Source of the DNA: Candidatus Sulfomarinibacteraceae bacterium
GTDB lineage: Bacteria > Acidobacteriota > Thermoanaerobaculia > Thermoanaerobaculales > Sulfomarinibacteraceae
Assembly (NCBI GenBank): GCA_041552055.1
Contig: JBFELO010000006.1
Location: 6,613 to 70,612, forward strand
Reading direction: 5' to 3'
DNA length: 64,000 nucleotides
The notes beneath the pieces are model-generated. The model was not told the origin of the DNA and ran no database searches. It saw only the letters and a program-made list of their open reading frames with translations. Positions 57,330 through 64,000 of the stretch are shown piece by piece (positions within the stretch are counted from its first letter, which is position 1; the number at the start of each line of letters is the position of its first letter). The translations under genes and the position numbers were made by a program.

Positions 57330-58766
57330 ATGCAACTGCTCAAACGACTCGACCGAACCGTGGTCCTGGTCGGCGCCCTGGCCCTGGTGCTGGCGGCGAC
57401 GCCGGCCGGTGCCCAGGTGTTCGTGCAGTGCCCGGGGGACCTGGACGGTGACGCCATCCCGGATCCGCCGGCCAGCAATCTCAACCCCGAGGTGAAGTGC
57501 ACCCACCTCTCGTCCGGGGACGGCTTCGCCATGACGGCGGACGGCGAGCCGACCTACATCTTCAGCTTTGCCGACCTGACCGGCCAGGTGTCGGCCCCCA
57601 CGGGGCCCGACTTCGATCCGTTCGCCCAGGGCGCCGCGCTGCGGCGGGGCATGCTGGCCGCCGAGTGGCCGGCGCCCACCGTCGAGCTGGACGAGGGCGA
57701 CGAGTGGTACCTCACTCTGACCAACGTCGGCATGATGATCCGGCCCGACCTGTTCGACCCGCACACGGTGCACTTCCACGGCCACCCCAACATGGCCCCC
57801 GTGTTCGACGGCCTGCCCGAGTCGGGCCTGTCCATCAACATGGGTGCCAGCCTGAGCTACTACTACAAGATCGTCGAGCCGGGCACCTACATGTACCACT
57901 GCCACGTCGAGGCCACCGAGCACATGCAGATGGGCATGCTCGGCAACCTCTACGTGAACCCGGCGCAGAACGGCACGCCGCTGGGCGTGTGTGCCGGTGG
58001 CGCCCCGTGCACGCAGTTCGTCTACAACGACGGCGACGGGTCGACCGGCTACGACGTCGCCTATCCAATCCAGCTCGGCTCGTTCGACAAGGAGTTCCAC
58101 GACGCGAGCTGGAACGTGCAGCCGCTGCCGTTCGCCGACATGAAGGACGAGTACTTCATGATCAACGGCCGCGGCTACCCGGACACCATCAACGTCTCCG
58201 AAGCGTACTGCAGCGTCGGCGGCAGCGTGTACTGTGGCGGGAGGCTAGGGACCAACTTCTGTAAGAACTTCAAGATCGCGCTGCCGCCACCGCTGGGCAA
58301 CATCCAACTCGACCTCGGTGAGTGCGTCGCTTCGTTGGCGCCGCCTACCGACGGTGTCGACCGGCTCAACGGCGGCAAGCCGACGCAGCGGATCGACAGC
58401 CGCATCGTGGCGACCCAGGGCGAGAGGGTGCTGCTCAGGATCTCCAACCTGAACGTCACCACGTTCAACACCCTGACCAGCCCGTGGCTGCCGATGCAGG
58501 TCGTGGGGCGCGACGCCAAGCTGCTGCGCAGCCCGGCCGGTGGCGACATCTACCGCACCACCAACTCGGTGACCCTCGGTGGCGGCATGTCGATGGATGT
58601 GATCCTCGACACCGCCGGCGTGGCACCGGGCACCTACTTCCTGTACTCGAACAACCTGTACCAGCTAAACAATCAGCTGTGCGATCCGACAGATCTGGAT
58701 TGCTTCCAGTACGACAACTTCCAAGGCGGTCTCGGTGGCATGCTGACCGAGATCGTGATCCAGTGA
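57330..58766 (+). CDS. Two-cupredoxin-domain multicopper-oxidase subunit A. The T1 site and half of the trinuclear ligands lie in domain 1.
   Basis: ATG 57330 follows AAGGAG, and a signal peptide is present. Domain 1 carries HTVHFHGH and YHCHVEATEHMQMGM. Domain 2 has no His motif. Confidence 0.85.
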   Translation: MQLLKRLDRTVVLVGALALVLAATPAGAQVFVQCPGDLDGDAIPDPPASNLNPEVKCTHLSSGDGFAMTADGEPTYIFSFADLTGQVSAPTGPDFDPFAQGAALRRGMLAAEWPAPTVELDEGDEWYLTLTNVGMMIRPDLFDPHTVHFHGHPNMAPVFDGLPESGLSINMGASLSYYYKIVEPGTYMYHCHVEATEHMQMGMLGNLYVNPAQNGTPLGVCAGGAPCTQFVYNDGDGSTGYDVAYPIQLGSFDKEFHDASWNVQPLPFADMKDEYFMINGRGYPDTINVSEAYCSVGGSVYCGGRLGTNFCKNFKIALPPPLGNIQLDLGECVASLAPPTDGVDRLNGGKPTQRIDSRIVATQGERVLLRISNLNVTTFNTLTSPWLPMQVVGRDAKLLRSPAGGDIYRTTNSVTLGGGMSMDVILDTAGVAPGTYFLYSNNLYQLNNQLCDPTDLDCFQYDNFQGGLGGMLTEIVIQ

Positions 58767-58779
58767 GAGGAGGAGCGTC

Positions 58780-60204
58780 ATGAAAGTGAAGACCAACCGC
58801 ACTGGGCGCTGGCTCGGCGTGACGCTCGCGGCCGCCGCCCTGCTGGTGCTGACGCCGGTCGCCGAGGCGGCGATCGACGGCATCACCGGGACCGACTTCC
58901 AGTTCGTCGCGAGGGACGGCTACATCAGCACCCCCGACGGCGGCTCGATCTACTGCTGGGGCTACGCCGACGACGGCGGATCGCTCGGCGGCGCCATGCA
59001 GTACCCGGGCCCGACCCTGATCGTCAATCAGTCTGAAACTATTACGATCACCCTCAAGTCGGAGATCCTCGACACGAAGACGCCCGACCCTGCGGACTAC
59101 CTGCCGGTGTCCCTGATCTTTCCCGGCCACTCGGCGTCCGCAACCGGTGGGTCGACCGGGGCGATTACCCAGGAGTCAACGGGTCCCGCAGACACAGTGA
59201 CCTACAGCTTCATCGCCAACTCGCCCGGCACCTACCTCTACCACAGCGGCACCGATCCCAAGGTGCAGGTCGAGATGGGCCTGCTCGGCGTGATCGTCGT
59301 GCGGCCGACCGGCTACAACGATATCAACCGCACCGCCTACGGCACGGAAGCGACCGCCTACGGCCACGAGTACCTGTTCCTGCACACCGAGATGGACCCG
59401 CGGGTCCACCAGCACTACGAGTTCGGCCACGTGGGACCGGAGTGGGACAACACCGAATGGTTTTCGGTCTACTGGTTCCTCAACGGCCGCGCCGCGCCGG
59501 ACGACCTGCTCGAATCCTATGTGCCGTGGCTGCCGCACCAGCCGTACAACATCACCCCGCGCGCCCACCCGGGCGACAAGGTGCTGATGCGGGTGGTCGG
59601 CGCCGGCCGCGAGTCGCACCCGTTCCACCACCACGGCGACCACGCACAGGTGATCGCCCAGGACGGGCAGCTGCTCGACAGTGACGGCCTCGACGAGCTC
59701 GATCTCGCCTACCAGGTGTTCACCATCATGGTCAACCCGGGTCAGACCACGGACGCCTTGTTCGACTGGACCGGCGAGAAAATGGGCTGGGACATCTACG
59801 GCACCCTGGCCGACGGCATGTCGGCGCACGACTGTCTCGATATCTACAACAACGCGACCGGCGCGATGGTGCCGGACAACTACGCCGACACGGAGACGCA
59901 GGGATGCGATCCTGCTGCGGCGACCCCGTGCTTCCCCTATGAGTGGTGTCCCGACCACGACCTGCCGATCCCGGTGACCCTGCCCGAGACCCAGAACCTG
60001 GCGTTCGGCGCCTGGTGGTCGGGCAGCCCGTACCTCGGCACCGGCGGCGCGCTGCCTCCTGGTGAAGGCGGCCTCAACCCGAACTCGGGCTACCCCTTCA
60101 TGTGGCACTCCCACACCGAGAAGGAGCTCACCAACAACGACATCTTCCCCGGCGGCATGCTGACCATGTTCTTCATCGAGCCGCACGGCGTGGCGATCGA
60201 CTGA
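58780..60204 (+). CDS. Two-cupredoxin-domain multicopper-oxidase subunit B. Trinuclear-type ligands lie in domain 2, and there is no T1 cysteine.
   Basis: GGAGGAG SD and a signal peptide. Domain 1 carries degenerate IFPGH and YLYHSG. Domain 2 carries HPFHHHGDH and FMWHSH, with Ser where the T1 Cys would be. Confidence 0.85.
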   Translation: MKVKTNRTGRWLGVTLAAAALLVLTPVAEAAIDGITGTDFQFVARDGYISTPDGGSIYCWGYADDGGSLGGAMQYPGPTLIVNQSETITITLKSEILDTKTPDPADYLPVSLIFPGHSASATGGSTGAITQESTGPADTVTYSFIANSPGTYLYHSGTDPKVQVEMGLLGVIVVRPTGYNDINRTAYGTEATAYGHEYLFLHTEMDPRVHQHYEFGHVGPEWDNTEWFSVYWFLNGRAAPDDLLESYVPWLPHQPYNITPRAHPGDKVLMRVVGAGRESHPFHHHGDHAQVIAQDGQLLDSDGLDELDLAYQVFTIMVNPGQTTDALFDWTGEKMGWDIYGTLADGMSAHDCLDIYNNATGAMVPDNYADTETQGCDPAAATPCFPYEWCPDHDLPIPVTLPETQNLAFGAWWSGSPYLGTGGALPPGEGGLNPNSGYPFMWHSHTEKELTNNDIFPGGMLTMFFIEPHGVAID

Positions 60205-60220
60205 ACGGAGGAGTACTGAG

Positions 60221-61249
60221 ATGAAGAAGCAACCACTGATGACAGCCGTCAGGCGGTCGGCGCTGGTGGCGGCGGTGCTCGCCCTCGTGGCAGTGCCCTC
60301 GTTCGCCGTCGATCTGGTCGCCGTCGCAGCCGTGTGGACGCCGCCCGGTGGCGGGACCCCGATCCCGATGTGGGCCTTCCAGGAAGGCGCGACCTGTCCG
60401 ACACCTCCCGTTGCCTGGGACGTGGGGCCCGCGATCCGGGCGACAGCCGGCGAACTGATTTCGATCAACCTCCTGAACTGCCTCGCAGAGCCGATATCGC
60501 TCATCGCGCCGGGCCTGATGCCCACGACGCCTCCCGATCCCGTGTGGGTCGACGCGGCAGGGACTTTCGTGGCGACCGGTGCGCGACCCCTGGGCGACAC
60601 CACGTCGCGGGTGCGCTCGTTCACGAACGAGGTCGCGCCGGCTGCGAGCGTGATCTACGAGTGGACCGCCAGCGCCGGATCGTTCATCTACCAGAGCGGA
60701 ACCATGGTCTCGATGCAGGTGCCGATGGGCCTGTACGGCCCGGTGATCGTTGAGGCGGCTGCTGGAGAGGCCTATACAGGGATCACGTACGGCAACGAGG
60801 CGATCCTGTTCTACTCCGAGATCGACCCGGCGGTGAATAACGCCGGTGTTCCGGCCAGTGCCGACTACCGGCCGCAGTACTTCCTGGTCAACGGCGAGTC
60901 ATACCCGACGGCCGTGCCGGAGTACGCGACGCCGCCGGCTGCGGGTGAGGATCTGCTGGTCCGGTTCTTCAACGCCGGCCTCGAGACCTCGATGCCGATG
61001 CTCGACGGCGTGCTCATGCAGGTCGTGGCCGAGGACGGCAACGTCACGCCGGGCGGCAGCGTGTATCCCGCGACGCCGGCGGCCTACTCGCTGCTGCTGC
61101 CGGCGGGCAAGACCATCGACGCCATGATCGCGGCGGTTCCGGACGGCAAGTACGCGGTGATCGACCGCACGCTGCGGCTCGACAACGGACCTGGTGTCGA
61201 CGACGACGGCGGCCAGCTGGTGTTCCTCGACTACGCGCCCGCACCGTAG
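60221..61249 (+). CDS. Two-cupredoxin-domain paralogue C with no histidine at all
   Basis: GGAGGAG SD and a signal peptide. MCO-like strand text is FIYQSGTMVSMQVPMGLYGPVIVE and YFLVNGESYP. I found zero His in the 342 aa. Confidence 0.7.
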   Translation: MKKQPLMTAVRRSALVAAVLALVAVPSFAVDLVAVAAVWTPPGGGTPIPMWAFQEGATCPTPPVAWDVGPAIRATAGELISINLLNCLAEPISLIAPGLMPTTPPDPVWVDAAGTFVATGARPLGDTTSRVRSFTNEVAPAASVIYEWTASAGSFIYQSGTMVSMQVPMGLYGPVIVEAAAGEAYTGITYGNEAILFYSEIDPAVNNAGVPASADYRPQYFLVNGESYPTAVPEYATPPAAGEDLLVRFFNAGLETSMPMLDGVLMQVVAEDGNVTPGGSVYPATPAAYSLLLPAGKTIDAMIAAVPDGKYAVIDRTLRLDNGPGVDDDGGQLVFLDYAPAP

Positions 61250-61289
61250 GGCTTCGAGGGCACCGACTGCCCTTAATGACTCGACAATG

Positions 61290-61326
61290 CCGGGCGCCCT
61301 CTTCAGCGGGGGCGCCCGGTCTTCTC
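61290..61326 (+). terminator. Rho-independent-type terminator after the cupredoxin trio
   Basis: A 10-bp GC stem, ccgggcgccc / gggcgcccgg, with a 10-nt loop, followed by tcttctc. Confidence 0.6.
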
Positions 61327-61426
61327 GGGGGCGGGTGTGCGTGGCCACCGAGCGATATACTCCAGAGTCGCGACGCGCGCTACCAGGATCGCGGACCGTC
61401 GAACCGGATAAGGAGAAGGCACAGGG

Positions 61427-61909
61427 ATGAGTGATTCGTCGAGCTTCAACAACCGCCGGCTGCGTCCGACCCTCACCGCATTTCTTCTCATCGGGACGTG
61501 CCTGGTGCTGGCAGGCTGCGCCTCCTCGGGCGGCGACGTCGAGTCCGAGGCGGCGTCCGAGCCGCCGCCGCCGAGCGCCGAGGAGCAGTGGGGGGTCGAG
61601 GTCACCAGCGTGCGGGTGTCGGCGGCCGGCCACATGATCGACTTCCGCTACCGGATCCTGGACGCGGAGAAATCGAAACCTCTGTTCGAGCGCCAGACCA
61701 AGCCGTACCTGGTCGATCAGGCGAGCGGCAAGGTGTTGCAGGTGCCGCGCACCGCCAAGCTCGGCCCGTTGCGCCCCTCCAACGTGACCCCGGCCGAGGG
61801 CAAGATCTACACCATGCTGTTCGGCAACACCGGCGGCGTGGTCCAGCCCGGCGCCAGGGTGACCGTGGTGATCGGCGACTTCCGGGTCGAGGACCTGGTG
61901 GTGGAGTAG
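61427..61909 (+). CDS. Lipoprotein of unknown function
   Basis: AAGGAGAAGG SD, and the lipobox LVLAGC. Confidence 0.6.
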   Translation: MSDSSSFNNRRLRPTLTAFLLIGTCLVLAGCASSGGDVESEAASEPPPPSAEEQWGVEVTSVRVSAAGHMIDFRYRILDAEKSKPLFERQTKPYLVDQASGKVLQVPRTAKLGPLRPSNVTPAEGKIYTMLFGNTGGVVQPGARVTVVIGDFRVEDLVVE

Positions 61910-61913
61910 GCCG

Positions 61914-64000
61914 ATGGCGCGGCAGCGGGTTCCAATCCGAATTGCGCTGGTCGCGGTCGGTGTTCTCGCCGCGGTCTGGAACCCAACTGCAGCAGCGGGT
62001 GAGATCGGGCGTGCCCTGCGCGAATCTCTGGCGGGGGCGGCGCCGACCGACGAACTCGCGGTCATCGTTGATTTCCACGATCGGTTCGAGGTCGCGAGCA
62101 TCAAGCGCGTCAGAGGGAGAGCCGAGCGCCGCACCGCGCTGGTGCGCGAGCTGAAGCGCCGCAGCGAGGAATCCCAGGCGCCGGTGCGTGACCTGCTGCG
62201 TGCACGCAGCGTCACGGATCACACCGTGCTGTGGGCGATCAACGGTCTCGCGGTGGCCGCCACTCCGGAGGTCATCCGGGAGCTCGCCGCGCGACCCGAG
62301 GTCGCCGGGGTGCGGCTCGACGCCACGGTGGTTTTCGCCTCGGCCACCGCGGTAGCGAAGGCCGAGCCCGAGTGGAACCTCGAGATGGTGGGCGCTCCGG
62401 ATCTGTGGGCGCGCGGCCACACTGGCGCAGGGGTCGTGGTGGCGATCCTCGACACCGGGGTGGACGCGCTGCACCAGGACCTCGCGGACCGATATCGGGG
62501 CGGCAGCAACAGCTGGTTCGACCCGTACGGCCAGCGCGCCGAGCCGCACGACACGGACGGCCACGGCACCCAGGCGGCCGGACTGACCGTCGGCGGCGAT
62601 GCCGGCGGCACGGCCATCGGTGCTGCGCCCGGTGCCCGATGGATCGCGGCGCGGGTCTTCGACGACGACGGTGTGGGGACCCTGTCCGGCATTCACCAGG
62701 CGTTCCAGTGGCTGCTCGATCCGGACGGTGACCCGGCGACCGACGATGCGCCCGACATCGCCAACAACTCGTGGGGCTTTCAGGAGCAGGTGAACGAGTG
62801 CTACCAGGAGTTCGTCGACGACATCGATCTGCTGCGCTCGGCCGAGATCGTGGTTGTCTTCTCGGCCGGCAACTCGGGCCCGGCATCGGACACCAGCGTC
62901 AGCCCGGGCAACAACTTGGGCGCGTTCCCTGTCGGGGGTGTCGACGACGCCGGCCAGGTGATGTCGTCGAGCAGCCGCGGGCCGTCGGCCTGCGGTGGCG
63001 GGACCTTTCCCACGCTGGCGGCGCCGGGTCTCGGGGTGCGTACGTCGGACCTGACCTTCGGCGGCGTGGTGCCGGACTCGTACGCCGCGGTCTCGGGGAC
63101 GTCGTTCGCTGCGCCGCACGTGGCCGGGGCAGCGGCCCTGCTGCTGAGTGCCCATCCAGGAGCCACCTTGGATCAGCTCGAGCAGGCCTTGACCGAGGGT
63201 GCCGAGGACCTGGGTCCGGACGGGCCGGACGACGACACGGGATACGGCCTGCTCGACGTGGTGCGCGCGGAGAGCGTGCTCGCCGGTCTGGTGGGCAACG
63301 GTGGCGGGGTGACGGCGTTCACCGACGAGACGCTGTTCCTCGCCGCACTGTCCGGCGCCGACACCGTGCAGGAGGGGTTCGAGGACGGAGGGGCTTGGAG
63401 CGCCACGCGCAGCCCGGACGCTGCACCGGCGGTGACTTCCCAGGGCGTCACCTGGACGTCGAACCACCCGGACAACCAGGTCAGCACCAGCGGTGGATCC
63501 GCCCGGACGGGTGATTGGGGGTTCTACTCGAACCCGCACGGCGACCAGAGCGTCGCCAATCCGGCCGACTTCATCGAGGACGGCTTCGTGGGTTCGTCGG
63601 CCGAGCGGTTGATCGCAGTCGGCGGCTGGTTCGCAGGCACTGCCGGCGGCAAGCTGCGGCTGGTGTTGGACGGCAACGAGGGCGGAGTCGTCGAGTTCGG
63701 TCCGATAGACCCGGGACACCGGTTCTACGGCGTCGTGGCGGACGCCGGCTTCACCAGCTTCGAGTTCCGCGAGATCGAGGGAAAGCTGGAGGACCAGAAG
63801 TTCGTGTTCGCGGACGACGTCACGCTCGCCATCGCGACGGGTGGGAACTCGCCGCCGGACGGCACGATCGTTCGTCCGGCCACCGACGTGACGGCGGCAA
63901 TCGGCCAATCGGTGTTCTTCGAAGGCTCCGCCACCGATCCCGACGGCGATCTGGTCACGGTGGCGTGGGACTTCGGCGACGGGACGACCTCGACGCAGCT
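61914..64000 (+). CDS. Secreted S8 (subtilisin-family) peptidase with C-terminal extension and a PKD-like domain. The 3' end lies beyond the window.
   Basis: It is absent from the ORF track because it has no stop in the window. My translation from ATG 61914 gives the catalytic triad text VAILDTGVD, DGHGTQAAG and GTSFAAPHVAG, and later DPDGDLVTVAWDFGDGTTS. Confidence 0.85.
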   Translation, partial: MARQRVPIRIALVAVGVLAAVWNPTAAAGEIGRALRESLAGAAPTDELAVIVDFHDRFEVASIKRVRGRAERRTALVRELKRRSEESQAPVRDLLRARSVTDHTVLWAINGLAVAATPEVIRELAARPEVAGVRLDATVVFASATAVAKAEPEWNLEMVGAPDLWARGHTGAGVVVAILDTGVDALHQDLADRYRGGSNSWFDPYGQRAEPHDTDGHGTQAAGLTVGGDAGGTAIGAAPGARWIAARVFDDDGVGTLSGIHQAFQWLLDPDGDPATDDAPDIANNSWGFQEQVNECYQEFVDDIDLLRSAEIVVVFSAGNSGPASDTSVSPGNNLGAFPVGGVDDAGQVMSSSSRGPSACGGGTFPTLAAPGLGVRTSDLTFGGVVPDSYAAVSGTSFAAPHVAGAAALLLSAHPGATLDQLEQALTEGAEDLGPDGPDDDTGYGLLDVVRAESVLAGLVGNGGGVTAFTDETLFLAALSGADTVQEGFEDGGAWSATRSPDAAPAVTSQGVTWTSNHPDNQVSTSGGSARTGDWGFYSNPHGDQSVANPADFIEDGFVGSSAERLIAVGGWFAGTAGGKLRLVLDGNEGGVVEFGPIDPGHRFYGVVADAGFTSFEFREIEGKLEDQKFVFADDVTLAIATGGNSPPDGTIVRPATDVTAAIGQSVFFEGSATDPDGDLVTVAWDFGDGTTSTQ

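Noticed and set aside
35192-64000. Interpretation as a nitrous-oxide reductase (nos) gene cluster
   Set aside because: No NosZ-like protein (propeller plus CuA domain) is encoded in the window. The ABC permease is FtsX-type rather than NosY-type, so only the accessory logic resembles nos.

Overview
GC-rich bacterial chromosomal window. I recognised no rRNA, tRNA, CRISPR array, transposase or integrase. The gene content (fused ccoNO, CarboxypepD_reg-type TonB receptors, a PSCyt1-like haem domain) suggests an Acidobacteriota-like lineage, but that is only a guess.

**Left part (1-13.2 kb).** A complete cbb3 oxidase locus on the minus strand: an Rrf2 regulator, fused ccoNO, ccoQ, mono-haem ccoP, ccoG, fixH, a DsbD_2/TauE-like membrane protein and the ccoI P-type ATPase. 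It is followed by DUF3179, ctaB and a divergent ctaA.

**13-24 kb.** Housekeeping-type genes: M28 peptidase, acyltransferase, PLP decarboxylase, trkAH, an MFS transporter and a TPR protein.

**24.5-34.8 kb.** A 41-CXXCH multihaem cytochrome translationally coupled to a beta-barrel outer-membrane protein. Next to it is a regulatory block of two HisKA_2 kinases, a CheY-like receiver and a sigma54 activator with a Cys4 sensor domain.

**35-64 kb reads as a copper-centred island.**
- A sigma54-promoted minus-strand operon encodes two Cys-rich microproteins, two TonB receptors (one with an OprC-type CxxxM...HxM signature), a YHS protein and a NapH-like polyferredoxin.
- A divergent plus-strand set encodes NosL, a MacB/FtsX-type ABC pair, a membrane protein, SCO1 and a cytochrome c fused to a solute-binding-like protein.
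- A second sigma54 promoter has the same upstream architecture. It drives a 1713-aa secreted protein with a NosD-like beta-helix and three tandem cupredoxin proteins.
- The copper ligands of those three proteins are distributed as if one multicopper oxidase were split over three polypeptides, one of which has no histidine at all.
- A lipoprotein and a subtilase-PKD protein follow. No nosZ is present.

**Intergenic regions.** Nearly every larger intergenic gap carries copies of a modular repeat family. The family consists of hairpins whose two arms co-vary, flanked by conserved G/C-rich boxes and short 6-8 bp tandem arrays.

**ORF track.** Most long ORFs antisense to or overlapping the calls below are GC-driven shadow ORFs.
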